Below are positions 50,846 to 64,000 of a stretch of DNA of 64,000 nucleotides, in pieces. The notes under the pieces are model-generated. The model was not told the DNA's origin, ran no database searches, and worked only from the letters and a program-made list of their open reading frames with translations. A program made the translations under genes and the position numbers. The DNA is taken from the NCBI RefSeq assembly GCF_006345805.1, contig NC_043025.1, forward strand, positions 4,712,001 through 4,776,000, in the 5' to 3' direction. The stretch's first letter is position 1. The number at the start of each line of letters is the position of its first letter. Origin of the DNA: Octopus sinensis (Eukaryota).

Positions 50846-51470
50846 ATAATAATTAATATTAGGGAGTATAACTCCAAACTTACAGGGAAAAATTCAATTC
50901 AGTATTAAATCAAATTTCACAATATAAATATATAATATATAAATTAGAGGAAAACACTTTTATCATTTTTTTGTACTTTTTGTGATCTAGTTATATGTTT
51001 TATAATATATTTTCTTTTTCTTTATGATTTGGTTTATGTCTATCCTTGTTTGAATTACATAATAGTGGTTTTTCTCTAATTTATATATATATATATATAT
51101 AATATATATATATATAATATATATATATATAATTTCATCCTTTCGGGGGTTGATTAAATAAGTACCAGTTACCCATTAAATAAGTACCAGTTACCCATTT
51201 CTTGTTGGACAACCATACAGATGATTTATCTGTAGTGATCGGATGTTTACATTCACATAAGCTCGCTCGCTCCCTCCATCAAATCAACATGGCTTGTACA
51301 AGTGCACAAGTGTGCCATGCGTCAGATATCAAAATTATTGCTAAACAATGTGAAATGAAGTGTCTTGCTGAAGAACACAACGCATTGCCCAGTCTGGGAA
51401 TTGAAACCACAATCTCATGGGTGGGAGTACAACACCTTAAGCACTAGGCCTTCACTAATCTATATACATA

Positions 51471-52425
51471 CAGGCTGCATAAGGTATTTTTGGTGTCATT
51501 GCTGCATTTTTTTGCTAACTCTGTTTTATCTTTATTTCAGAAAATAATAATCTGTAGACTCTCAGCTTATTCAAGAAATGAAGGGGTATGCTGTTATTGT
51601 GGTTATAAAGGCTGAGCACAGTGATTTAGAAATATCTCGATTTTTAGAAGTTGCCAGATCTTTCATCTACAAAGTTTTTAAGGAGCTAGGGACCGAAGAT
51701 GGAAATGTATCACCAGTATCAAAGCATAAAAAGCATTCTAAACACTCTGAAATCATCAGAACACCTGAATTTATCCAACAAGTTCAACAGACCATTGATT
51801 ACAATCCCAGAAAGTTCATGAGGTCAATTGCAAAAGACCTCCATGAGTCAGAAGGAACAGTCAGAAATGTTGTCCATGAAGACATCAGATATGTCTTATA
51901 TGATGAGTAAACGTCAATTTGTCAGAAAAAGCAAATGAAAATCACTACATGAAATCTAAAAGGCTCTTAAACAAACTGAAAAATCCAGCAAATTTGATTT
52001 GGTTTTTCTCAAATGAGAAAAACTTCAACCAAGATCAAAAAGTTAACAGAAGAAACGACAGATGTGCAGACCCTTCTGAAGCTCCAAGTGTTATGCATAC
52101 AAAATTTCCTGCAACTGTCATCGTTTTAGGGGTTGTCAGCAATGAAGGATATGCGATGCCTCCTTACATCTTTCCACAAGGCCTTAGAGTTAATTCTGCC
52201 ACCTACATTGAGGTCCTGGAAACAATTATCAAGCCCTGGATAGACAGTGTATGCAATGGAAGGCTGTATGTGTTTCAGTAAGGCTCTGCACTATCACACA
52301 TGGCTCTAGTAACACAGGAATGGATGGCTGAAAATTTTCCTGATCACATAACCCCCTAACATTTGGCCTCCTAATTCCCCAGATCTCAATCTATTGGACT
52401 ATTACATGTAGAGCATTGTTGAGAG
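51471..52425 (+). pseudogene. Tc1/mariner DD37D (maT) transposase remnant
   Basis: TA-caggctg start, IWFFSNEKNF, HTKFPATVIVLGVVSNEG and YVFQ*..WPPNSPDLNLLDY. There are 37 residues between the second catalytic D position and the last D. Confidence 0.8.
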
Positions 52426-52514
52426 AGAAGTTTGCTTTCCAGCCACATGGTTCTGGGTTCAATCCCAGTGTATTGCACCTTGGGTGTTGTCTACTATAGT
52501 CTCAGGCTGCGCAA

Positions 52515-53215
52515 TATTTTCTCCCACAAGAGTTCTGGACCCCTGTAATGAACTCATTTGCATACAACCAATCAGAGCTCACCTTGAAAACCTATATACT
52601 ACATACTACTACAGTACAGCCAGTTAGGCATAGAATGGTGTATGCCACTCTGTGAGTACAGCACTGTAGGTCCCACATAAGCACCAAATTCCCCCCACTT
52701 CTACCATCCTCATAGATCAATTGAGCACCATCTCTACATGGAACTACCATTACGTAGGAACTACATGGAACTACCATTTCATATTTGTCACCCCTATTAA
52801 CCCGTTTTACATTTGTAACCCTTATTAATCCATTTTACATTTGTCACCCCTATTAACCCGTTTTACATTTGTCACCCCTATTAACCCATTTTACATTTGT
52901 CACCCCTATTAACCCGTTTTACATTTGTCACCCCTATTAACCCGTTTTACATTTGTCACCCCTATTAACCCGTTTTACATTTGTCACCCCTATTAACCCA
53001 TTTTACATCTGTCACCCCTATTAACCCGTTTTACATTTGTCACCCCTATTAACCCGTTTAGAACAGTAAGATTTTGCTATAATGCACATTTTCCAGTGAA
53101 CTCAACGAGAGTGTTTTTGTGACTTGGTGGACACTAGTTTGATAGTTGAGCTCTGATTGGCTGTATGCAAATGAGTTCATAATTGGGGTCCAGAACTCTT
53201 GTGGGAAAAAAAATT
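52515..53215. mobile_element. MITE-like element with ~65-bp TIRs and internal 28-bp minisatellite
   Basis: TIRs at 52517-52581 and 53147-53212. cccgttttacatttgtcacccctattaa occurs about 10 times (52780-53058). Interrupts a family A SINE. Confidence 0.7.
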
Positions 53216-53816
53216 TTGTCCCCGGGCCAACTAAAGCCTTGTGAGTGGATTTGGTAGATGGAAACTGAAAAAGCTGCATATATATGTATGTGTGTCTTCT
53301 TACAGCATCCACCCGGGGTGGGTTGAGCTGGCTTCATTCATCCTCAATGCTGCATCTCTGACAAACGCTGAGACCAGGCCTAGCGATTTGAGGCTAACGA
53401 CCGCGTGATCTCCAACCACTCCTAATTCCAGTGGCGAACGCCGTAGATATGGGGTCCTAGGTTGGGTTCCAGGTCAGCCTTGACTGTCATCAGCCATGTG
53501 TGTGTGTGTTTGTCCCTGGTTTGTTTACATCCCTGTAACTTAGTAGTTCAACAAAAGGAGACTAACAGAATAAGCACCAAATTTTTTTAAAATAAAACCA
53601 ATACTAGGGTCAATTTCTTTGACTTAAACCCTCAGTGCTCCAGTTTGGCCGTAGTCTAATGACTGAAGCAAGTAAAATATAAATAAAATTAAAAGATGTG
53701 CGTAAGTGTGTGTGTGTGCACATGTGCATACACACAATACACCAAAGACATAAATATAGCCAGAGGCCAATTGGTTCATTACTCATCATGCACTGATAGG
53801 GATTATGTAAACACAC

Positions 53817-53859
<43 letters not shown>

Positions 53860-53990
53860 TAAACACATTAGATTATGTCTGTGTATATATGTATGTGTGT
53901 GTGCATATATGTATGTGTATATACATTGTGTGTGTGTGTATACATGTGTATATGTGAATGTATATATATATAGATGTGTGCATGTGTATA

Positions 53991-54028
<38 letters not shown>

Positions 54029-54029
<1 letters not shown>

Positions 54030-54803
54030 TGGGTCATCTCATAAATAATGCGGTTCTTTCAATTGCATGAATTAAAGTAGGAGGGGGGACGGGATAAACT
54101 ACCTGCATCAACTTGCTATAAAAGCAGGTAGTAATTTTACTTTGTGCTTATTCTTAGTGCAAGTTTTGAAGAGTGCAATTCGATTTTAACAGTTATTTTT
54201 TCAAAGTTATAATGGAAGTGACAAAGGACCATATTCGGCATGTTTTGCTTTGTGAGTTCAATAAAGGCAACAACGAAATGGAAAGTGCAAGGAATATTAA
54301 TACAGTATATGGGGATCGGACAGTAAGCATAAGCCAATGTCAACGGAGGTTCCAGAAATTCTGAGCCAGAAACTACATCCTAGAAAATGAGCCTCATCCT
54401 GGAAGATCTGTAGAGCTTGACGAGGACGTCCTGCAAACCCTGGGGAAACAAAATCCCATCGTAACTGTTGAGGAACTAGCAGAGAAGCTCGGAGTTGGTC
54501 ATTCAACCATTCAACAACACCTGCACTAGAAGAAAAATTACTATTTTTGGTTTCAAGACGAAAGTAGTTCTTCCATCAGGATAATGCTCAGCCACATACA
54601 GTGAAGATGACATTCCAAAAGCTGGAGCAGTTTGAACGGGAAACGATGCCCACACATCATATTTGCTGGACATTGCCCCATCTGATTATCATTTATTCTG
54701 CAGGCTTTAAAATCATTTGGATGGACAAAATATGAATTCTGTAGATGAGGTCAGAACAGTACTGGAGGAGTATTTTTCATTACGGACAAGTGAATTTTGG
54801 AAT
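54029..54803 (+). pseudogene. mariner (DD34D) remnant, internally deleted
   Basis: TA-ttgggtcatctcataaataatgcgg TIR-like start, MEVTKDHIRHVLLCEFNKG..INTVYG, TVEELAEKLGV.HSTI and DIAPSDYHLF. Confidence 0.8.
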
Positions 54804-54964
54804 TCCCATACCGCCAGGTGTTGTGTTGAGTTCTTGAGCAAAGCACTTCATTTCATGTTGGTTTGCGATCATTTCGTCATCTGACATGTGGCACATGGTG
54901 CACCTGTGCAGGTAATGTCGATTTGATGGAGGGAGTGGGCATATGTGAACACAAACATTTAATC

Positions 54965-55780
54965 ACTGGCCGTTGCCAGCCTCGCCTGGCCCCCGTGCCG
55001 GTGGCACGTAAAGAGCACCATCCGATCGTGGCCGTTTGCCAGCCTCGCCTGGGCCCGGTGCTGGTGACACGTAAAGAGCACCATCCGATCGTGGCTGTTT
55101 GCCAGCCTCGTCTGGCACCTGTGCCGGTGGCACGTAAAAAGTACCCACTACACTCACAGAGTGGTTGGCGTTAGGAAGGGCATCCAGCCGTAGAAACATT
55201 GCCAGATCAGACTGGAGCCTGGTGCAGCCTCCTGGCTTCCCAGACCCCAGTTGAACCGTCCAACCCATGCTAGCATGGAAAGCGGATGCTAAACGAAGAT
55301 GATGATGATAAACAAATGTGTGATTGTTCAGCTAGAAATTGCCCAACCCTTATGCATCTAACAACGGGTCAGTCCACGATCCAGAGTCACTGCCAGAGCA
55401 GCTGACTGGCTTCCGTGCCAGTGGCACATAAAAAGCACCATTCAAACTTGATCGTTGCCAGCATCACCATACTGGCACTGTTGCTGGTGGCACATGAAAA
55501 ATATTCAAGCGAGGTCATTGCCAGTGCTGCTGGACTGGCTTCTGTGCAGGTGGCACGTAAAAAACACCACTTGAGTGTATCACCTGACTGGCCCTCGTGC
55601 CGGTGGCACGTAAAAAGCACCCACTACACTCTGGCAGTGGTTGTCATTAGGAAGGGCATCCAGCTTTAGAAACTCTGCCAGATCAAGATTGGAGCCCGGT
55701 GCAGCCTCTGGTTCGCTAGTCCTCAGTGAAATCGTCCAACTCATGCTAGCATGGAAAGTGGACGTTAAATGATGATGATA
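54965..55780 (+). mobile_element. Two RTE LINE 3'UTR fragments with VNTR units
   Basis: Copies at ~54965-55310 and ~55385-55780, each ending in (GAT)n. Confidence 0.75.
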
Positions 55781-56165
55781 TTCTCTTTACTCTTTTACTT
55801 GTTTCAATCATTTGACTGCGGCCATGCTGGAGCACCGCCTTTAGTCGAGCAAATCGACCCTAGAACTTATTCTTTGTAAGCCTAGTACTTATTCTATCGG
55901 TCTCTTTTGCCGAGCCGCTAAGTTACGGGGACATAAACACACCGGCATCGGCCGTCAAGCGATGCTGGGAGGACAAACGCATACACACACATACATATAT
56001 ACGACAGGCTTCTTTCAGTTTCCCTCTACCAAATCCACTCACAAGGCTTTGGTCCGCCTGAGGCTATAGTAGAAGACACTTGCCCAAGGTGCCACGTAGT
56101 GGGACTGAACTCTGAACCATATGGTCGGTAAGCAAGCTACTTACCACACAGCCATTCCTACGCCT
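55780..56165 (-). mobile_element. SINE family A, full length
   Basis: All blocks present. Confidence 0.85.
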
Positions 56166-56679
56166 ATATATATATATATATATATATATTTGCATTTGTG
56201 TGTGTGTGTGTGTGTTTGTGTGTGCATGTGTATATATCTGTATTTATCTTTTGACCACATATATGACAAACAGTGTTGGTTTGTTTACATTTCCCTAATT
56301 TAGCACACTGGCACAAAGAGAGACCTATAGTGTAACTACAAGACTACAAAAGACAAAAAAAAAAAAAACGGGGTCAATTTGTCTAAACTCTTAAAGGTGA
56401 TGCCCCAGCATGGCCGAGGACCAATTACTGAAACAATTAAAAGATAAAAGATAATTATATAAAATAAGAATTAAGACTTAAAAAAAGATTATATAGATAC
56501 AAGCATGAGAAAAGGAGATTAGCTTAAATGAAGAAGGGGTTATGTTATTGTAATGCGACTGTCAAAAAAGGGCTCCAGGGCTTTAGCTTATGCTTTGAGT
56601 AAATAAGCAATGTTAGGGATGAAACAGACTGAGTAGGTAGGCAGGTAGGTAGGTAGGTAGATGAAAATTAATTAATTAT

Positions 56680-57665
56680 AGGTGCAGGAGTGGATGTGTG
56701 GTAAGTAGCTTGCTTCTCAACCACATGGTTCTGGGTTCAGTCCCACAGCATAGTATCAATGGTTAGTATTTTCTTCTATAGCCTCAGGCTGTCCAAAGCC
56801 TTGTGAGTGGATTTGGTAGATGGAAACTGAATGAAGCCCGTCATATATATATGCATATGTGTGTGTGTGTGTGTGTATGTTTGTGTGTCTGTGTCCCCCC
56901 AACATCACTTGGCAACCGATGCTGGTGTGTAACTTTGCGGTTTGGCAAATAGAATAAGTCCTAGGGTTGTTTGGATGACTAAAGGTGGTGCTCCAGCATG
57001 GCCACAGTCAAAAGGCTGAAACAAGTAAGAGAGATATATATATATATATATGTATGTTTGTGTGTGTGTCCCCCCAACATCGCTTGGCAACCGATGCTGG
57101 TGTGTTTATGTCCCTGTAACTTTGCGGTTCAGCAAAAGTGACCGATAGAATAAGTCCTAGGGTTGATTTGAACGACTAAAGGTGCTGCTCCAGCATGGCC
57201 AAAGTCAAATGGCTGAAACAAGTAAAAGAGTAAAAGAGATATATATATAGGCGCAGGAGTGGCTGTGTGGTAAGTAGCTTGCTAACCAACCACATGGTTC
57301 CGGGTTCAGTCCCACTGCGTGGCATGTTGGGCAAGTGTCTTCTGCTATAGCCCCAGGCCGACCAATGCCTTGTGAGTGGATTTGGTAGGCGGAAACTGAA
57401 AGAAGCCCGTCGTATATTTGTATATATATATATATGTGTGTGTGTGTGTATGTTTGTGTGTCTGTGTTTGTCCTCCTAGCATTGCTTGACAACCGATGCT
57501 GGTGTGTTTACGTCCCCGTCACTTAGCGGTTCGGCAAAAGAGACCGATAGAATAAGTACTGGGCTTACAAAGAATAAGTCCCGGGGTGGATTTGCTCGAC
57601 TAAAAGGCGGTGCTCCAGCATGGCCGCAGTCAAATGACTGAAACAAGTAAAAGAGTAAAAAGAGA
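56680..57665 (+). mobile_element. Cluster of SINE family A copies
   Basis: Copies at ~56680-57035, ~57050-57240 (3' half only) and ~57250-57665. Confidence 0.8.
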
Positions 57666-58014
57666 GTAGAAAAGCCCTTTAACCACTAAAGCACTCCACC
57701 CTCTCGAATAATAACAAAAGAGAAACTCTTTCTGTGATGCAGCTGTGGTTCAAAAACTCTTCCTCTCTCTCCTACTTTTACTACCTCTTACACTGTTATT
57801 GTTCGGTGCCAACATTAACCTTGCTGCTTCTAGTTTTCCTCAGATAATTAGGGTGGTATGCACCAGTCACACTATATACAAACACAATAGACTTCCTATG
57901 CAGTCTAATTTTGTGGGTGGGGTATTATATATGTATTATACATACATATATATATATAACTTTTACATATACATACATATGTTCACACATACACACATAC
58001 ATATATATATATAT

Positions 58015-58430
58015 CTTTACTCTCTTTTACTTGTTTCAGTCATTTGACTACGGCCATGCTGGAGCACTGCCTTTAGTCGAGCAAATCGACCCCGAGACTT
58101 ATTCTTTTTGTAAGCCCAGTACTTATTCTATCGGTCTCTTTTTGCCGAACCGCTAAGTGACGGGGGACGTAAACACACCAGCATCGGTTGTCAAGCAATG
58201 CTAGAGGGACAAACACACACACACAAACATACACACACACATATATATATATATATACACACATATATATGACAGGCATCTTTCAGTTTCTGTCTACCAA
58301 ATCCACTCACAAGGCTTTGGTCGGCCCGACGCTATAGTAGAAGACACTTGCCCAAGATGCCACGCAGTGGGACTGAACCCGGAACCATGTGGTTGGTTAG
58401 CAAGCTACTTACCATACAGCCACTCCTGCA
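58015..58430 (-). mobile_element. SINE family A, full length
   Basis: All blocks present. Confidence 0.85.
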
Positions 58431-58704
58431 CTACTGACATGTAGCTCTTTTATATTTTGCCTGTTACAGTCATAAGACTGCACAGCCTCAAAGAAATTTT
58501 TTTTTTAAGCCCGATACTTATTTCACAGGGTTTTTTTCCCCAAACTGCTAAGTTATGGGGACACCAACACATTAAAAAACTGATTGTCAAGTAGTTATGG
58601 AGGACAAACTCATACACACACACAAAGGGCTTCTTTCAGATTCCATCTACCAAATCCACTCGCAAAGCTTTAGTTGGTCCAAGGCTACGGTAAAAGACAT
58701 TTGC

Positions 58705-61700
58705 CCAAGGTGCCACATAGTGGGACTGAACCTGCTACCATGTGGCCGTGAAGCAAGCTTCTTACCGCCCAAGGTGCCACATAGTGGGACTGAACCTGGT
58801 ACCATGTGGCTGTGAAGCAAGCTTCTTACCGCCCAAGGTGCCACATAGTGGGACTGAACCTGGTACCATGTGGCTGTGAAGCAAGCTTCTTACCGCCCAA
58901 GGTGCCACATAGTGGGACTGAACCTGGTACCATGTGGCTGTGAAGCAAGCTTCTTACCGCCCAAGGTCCCACATAGTGGTACTGAACCTGGTACCATGTG
59001 GCCGTGAAGCAAGCTTCTTACCGCCCAAGGTGCCACATAGTGGGACTGAACCTGGTACCATGTGGCTGTGAAGCAAGCTTCTTACCGCCCAAGGTGCCAC
59101 ATAGTGGGACTGAACCTGGTACCATGTGGCCGTGAAGCAAGCTTCTTACCGCCCAAGGTGCCACATAGTGGGACTGAACCTGGTACCATGTGGCTGTGAA
59201 GCAAGCTTCTTACCGCCCAAGGTGCCACATAGTGGGACTGAACCTGGTACCATGTGGCCGTGAAGCAAGCTTCTCTTACCGCCCAAGGTGCCACATAGTG
59301 GGACTGAACCTGGTACCATGTGCCGTGAAGCAAGCTTCTTACCGCCCAAGGTGCCACATAGTGGGACTGAACCTGGTACCATGTGGCCGTGAAGCAAGCT
59401 TCTTACCGCCCAAGGTGCCACATAGTGGGACTGAACCTGGTACCATGTGGCCGTTGAAGCAAGCTTCTTACCGCCCAAGGTGCCACATAGTGGGACTGAA
59501 CCTGGTACCATGTGGCGTGAAGCAAGCTTCTTACCGCCCAAGGTGCCACATAGTGGGACTGAACCTGGTACCATGTGGCTGTGAAGCAAGCTTCTTACCG
59601 CCCAAGGTGCCACATAGTGGGACTGAACCTGGTACCATGTGGCCGTGAAGCAAGCTTCTTACCGCCCAAGGTGCCACATAGTGGGACTGAACCTGGTACC
59701 ATGTGGCCGTGAAGCAAGCTTCTTACCGCCCAAGGTGCCACATAGTGGGACTGAACCTGGTACCATGTGGCCGTGAAGCAAGCTTCTTACCGCCCAAGGT
59801 GCCACATAGTGGGACTGAACCTGGTACCATGTGGCTGTGAAGCAAGCTTCTTACCGCCCAAGGTGCCACATAGTGGGACTGAACCTGGTACCATGTGGCT
59901 GTGAAGCAAGCTTCTTAACGCCCAAGGTGCCACATAGTGGGACTGAACCTGCTACCATGTGGCGTGTGAAGCAAGCTTCTTACCGCCCAAGGTGCCACAT
60001 AGTGGGACTGAACCTGGTACCATGGGCCGGTGAAGCAAGCTTCTTACCGCCCAAGGTCCCACATAGTGGGACTGAACCTGGTACCATGTGGCTGTGACGC
60101 AAGCTTCTTACCGCCCAAGGTGCCACATAGTGGGACTGAACCTGGTACCATGTGGCTGTGAAGCAAGCTTCTTACCGCCCAAGGTGCCACATAGTGGGAC
60201 TGAACCTGGTACCATGTGGCCGTGAAGCAAGCTTCTTACCGCCCAAGGTGCCACATAGTGGGACTGAACCTGGTACCATGTGGCCGTGAAGCAAGCTTCT
60301 TACCGCCCAAGGTGCCACATAGTGGGACTGAACCTGCTACCATGTGGCCGTGTGAAGCAAGCTTCTTACCGCCCAAGGTGCCACATAGTGGGACTGAACC
60401 TGGTACCATGTGGCCGTGAAGCAAGCTTCTTACCGCCCAAGGTGCCACATAGTGGGACTGAACCTGGTACCATGTGGCCGTGAAGCAAGCTTCTTACCGC
60501 CCAAGGTGCCACATAGTGGGACTGAACCTGGTACCATGTGGCCGTGAAGCAAGCTTCTTACCGCCCAAGGTGCCACATAGTGGGACTGAACCTGGTACCA
60601 TGTGGCCGTGAAGCAAGCTTCTTACCGCCCAGGTGCCACATAGTGGGACTGAACCTGGTACCATGTGGCTGTGAAGCAAGCTTCTTACCGCCCAAGGGCC
60701 ACATAGTGGGACTGAACCTGGTACCATGTGGCCGTGAAGCAAGCTTCTTACCACCCAAGGTGCCACATAGTGGGACTGAACCTGGTACCATGTGGCCGTG
60801 AAGCAAGCTTCTTACCGCCCAAGGTTCCACATAGTGGGACTGAACCTGGTACCATGTGGCTGTGAAGCAAGCTTCTTACCGCCCAAGGTGCCACATAGTG
60901 GGACTGAACCTGGTACCATGTGGCTGTGAAGCAAGCTTCTTACCGCCCAAGGTGCCACATAGTGGGACTGAACCTGCTACCATGTGGCTGTGAAGCAAGC
61001 TTCTTACCGCCCAAGGTGCCACATAGTGGGACTGAACCTGGTACCATGTGGCCGTGAAGCAAGCTTCTTACCGCCCAAGGTGCCACATAGTGGGACTGAA
61101 CCTGGTACCATGTGGCCGTGAAGCAAGCTTCTTACCGCCCAAGGTGCCACATAGTGGGACTGAACCTGGTACCATGTGGCTGTGAAGCAAGCTTCTTACC
61201 GCCCAAGGTGCCACATAGTGGGACTGAACCTGCTACCATGTGGCCGTGAAGCAAGCTTCTTACCGCCCAAGGTGCCACATAGTGGGACTGAACCTGGTAC
61301 CATGTGGCTGTGAAGCAAGCTTCTTACCGCCCAAGGTGCCACATAGTGGGACTGAACCTGGTACCATGTGGCCGTGAAGCAAGCTTCTTACCGCCCAAGG
61401 TGCCACATAGTGGGACTGAACCTGGTACCATGTGGCCGTGAAGCAAGCTTCTTACCGCCCAAGGTGCCACATAGTGGGACTGAACCTGGTACCATGTGGC
61501 TGTGAAGCAAGCTTCTTACCGCCCAAGGTGCCACATAGTGGGACTGAACCTGGTACCATGTGGCCGTGAAGCAAGCTTCTTACCGCCCAAGGTGCCACAT
61601 AGTGGGACTGAACCTGCTACCATGTGGCCGTGAAGCAGCTTCTTACGCCCAAGGTGCCACATAGTGGGACTGAACCTGGTACCATGTGGCTGTGAAGCAA

Positions 61701-62545
61701 GCTTCTTACCGCCCAAGGTGCCACATAGTGGGACTGAACCTGGTACCATGTGGCCGTGAAGCAAGCTTCTTACCGCCAAGGTGCCACATAGTGGGACTGA
61801 ACCTGGTACCATGTGGCCGTGAAGCAAGCTTCTTACCGCCCAAGGTGCCACATAGTGGGACTGAACCTGGTACCATGTGGCCGTGAAGCAAGCTTCTTAC
61901 CGCCCAAGGTGCCACATAGTGGGACTGAACCTGCTACCATGTGGCCGTGAAGCAAGCTTCTTACCGCCCAAGGTGCCACATAGTGGGACTGAACCTGCTA
62001 CCATGTGGCCGTGAAGCAAGCTTCTTACCGCCCAAGGTGCCACATAGTGGGACTGAACCTGGTACCATGTGGCTGTGAAGCAAGCTTCTTACCGCCCAAG
62101 GTGCCACATAGTGGGACTGAACCTGGTACCATGTGGCCGTGAAGCAAGCTTCTTACCGCCCAAGGTTCCACATAGTGGGACTGAACCTGGTACCATGTGG
62201 CTGTGAAGCAAGCTTCTTACCGCCCAAGGTGCCACATAGTGGGACTGAACCTGGTACCATGTGGCTGTGAAGCAAGCTTCTTACCGCCCAAGGTGCCACA
62301 TAGTGGGACTGAACCTGGTACCATGTGGCCGTGAAGCAAGCTTCTTACCGCCCAAGGTGCCACATAGTGGGACTGAACCTGGTACCATGTGGCCGTGAAG
62401 CAAGCTTCTTACCGCCCAAGGTGCCACATAGTGGGACTGAACCTGGTACCATGTGGCTGTGAAGCAAGCTTCTTACCGCCCAAGGTGCCACATAGTGGGA
62501 CTGAACCTGGTACCATGTGGCTGTGAAGCAAGCTTCTTACCACAC
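58705..62545 (-). repeat. 64-bp satellite (~60 copies) amplified from a SINE A tRNA head
   Basis: Monomer cgcccaaggtgccacatagtgggactgaacctggtaccatgtggccgtgaagcaagcttcttac. The remaining SINE body lies to the left (58625-58705) and the SINE 5' end to the right (cacacagtcac). Confidence 0.95.
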
Positions 62546-63048
62546 AGTCACACTTATCTTTGGTTTAAAAATTTGACAGGAAGTATTTCATGTTGCTATT
62601 TATTTTCAGGGAAACCCCGATGAGCAAAGTTAAAGGGTGTTCCAACTGTGGTATAGTATATCTAGGACTACATTACACAATGTGACATTTGGTACAATAG
62701 ATGAACCTGATTTAATGCTTTTTTAAAAATTTTGTTTACATAGATACAGGTATGGCTGCAAAGTAAGATCCTTGCTTGCCCACCACATGGTTCTGGGTTC
62801 GGTCCCACAGCATGGTACATTGATTAAGTGTCTTCTACTATAGCCTCAGGCCAACTAAAGCCTTGTGAGTGGATTTGCTAGAAGGAAACTGCGTTTTATC
62901 CCCTTCTACTGTACATAGACATGTTAACCTTCTTCGCGCAGTTGTAATTTATTGGCCACAGGGTTTCTCCTCTGTAGCTGCAGGCACATTTTGTCCTCTT
63001 CAGAAGGGTGCTTAAAAGAAACGCATCACTAAGTTTATTTCTAGTACT

Positions 63049-63276
63049 TTAACCCTTTAGTGTTCCGATTATTCTGTCAAATGTGATGTTTGTTTATTTA
63101 TATTGTTTTGAATTAATCATACATTATCTTGTAGTTTAGAGATTCCTGTGATGTGACTTTTTAGTTTTAGAATGACATGGTAGGGCTGAGGTGAGAGACA
63201 AGCTCTGGTCAGTTTCAATATATAACAGGTTAAATATTTTGGCCAGATATGGCCAGTTTGAATACTAATGGGTTAA
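63049..63276. mobile_element. TTAA MITE A, uninterrupted copy
   Basis: TTAA-ccctttagtgttc ... gaatactaatggg-TTAA. Confidence 0.7.
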
Positions 63277-63471
63277 GCTATAAACAGGTTACATAACAAG
63301 GCTAAACTCCCATTTTCTGATGCCATTTTTATTGTTTATATCCTAACCACAAGGTGATCAAGCTTTGAAATCCATTGCAGATTTTTAGATTTTTTTTTTT
63401 TTTTCCCAAACGAAAATGGCCAATTTTTCATTTTGTTTAATTCTGACTCGGATGACAATTTCGAAGGATTT

Positions 63472-63755
63472 ATCATCATCATCGTTTAACGTCTGTTCTC
63501 CATGCTAGCATGGGTTGGATGGTTCGACCGGGGATCTGGGAAGCCAGAAGGCTGCACCAGGCTCCAGTCTTATCTGGCAATGTTTCTACAGCCGTATGCC
63601 CTTCCTAACGCCAACCACTCCGTGAGTGTAGTGGGTGCTTTTTACGTGCCACCTGCACAGGTGCCAGGCGAGGCTGGCAACGGCCACGGTCGGATTGGTG
63701 TATTTTACGAGCCACCAGACCAGGGATCCTGGCTGGTTCAATTCGATTTTGATTT
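63472..63755 (-). mobile_element. RTE LINE 3'UTR fragment
   Basis: (CAT)n-cgtttaacgtctg..cccttcctaacgccaacc. Confidence 0.8.
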
Positions 63756-64000
63756 ACTCAGGTAGATATCAATGGTGAAATTATTCAAGGTGATGATGAA
63801 GATGTAGATTGTGCTTACAGTTATATTGAGAATGATGCACCAAGCAGATACTATCATCAACAACTGGCTGATTTAAGGAAGGTACTGGCCCCAAAGATGC
63901 ACAATTCTGAGGGGGAACTCTTCCGTCTATTCCTTAATGGATTACATAAAAATATTGTGGCCGATGCCAGCGCCGCCTTGACTGGCTTCCGTATTGGTGG

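Noticed and set aside
53440-53495. CTGATGA followed by a short hairpin on the minus strand
   Set aside because: GAAA is not in register and stem I has no partner.
58705-62545. CRISPR-like array or tRNA gene cluster
   Set aside because: There are no unique spacers and the context is eukaryotic. Monomers are partial SINE heads without a full cloverleaf or terminator.
62590-62690. Strong acceptor tttattttcag followed by ETPMSKVKGCSNCG
   Set aside because: Weak donor, short, and no recognisable homology.

Overview
AT-rich, repeat-saturated animal genomic DNA with one 100-N scaffold gap (16809-16908). The SINE/LINE/microsatellite landscape looks like an octopod cephalopod (Octopus-type); this is inferred from recalled repeat sequences, not from a search. 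No host gene can be supported, and most entries in the ORF track are artefacts of microsatellites or SINEs. Protein-coding signal comes only from mobile elements: a ~5 kb L1/Tx1-clade LINE (minus strand, zinc-knuckle ORF1 plus APE-RT ORF2, frameshifted) embedded in (AAT)n, several RTE-clade pieces, a CR1 3' end, and DD37D, mariner and Buster-hAT transposase remnants. The rest is many tRNA-derived SINEs from at least four modular families, TTAA and other MITEs, a non-autonomous Helitron, and tandem arrays, including a ~3.8 kb 64-bp satellite made of a SINE promoter segment. Most notable: (i) four minimal hammerhead-ribozyme-like motifs with a CCGANGA core in Penelope-like terminal repeats; (ii) a SINE whose 3' tail matches the 3' end of the Tx1 LINE; (iii) an unclassified asymmetric long-hairpin element present twice; (iv) the SINE-head satellite. 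Repeat boundaries were read by eye and are approximate (about +/-10 bp).
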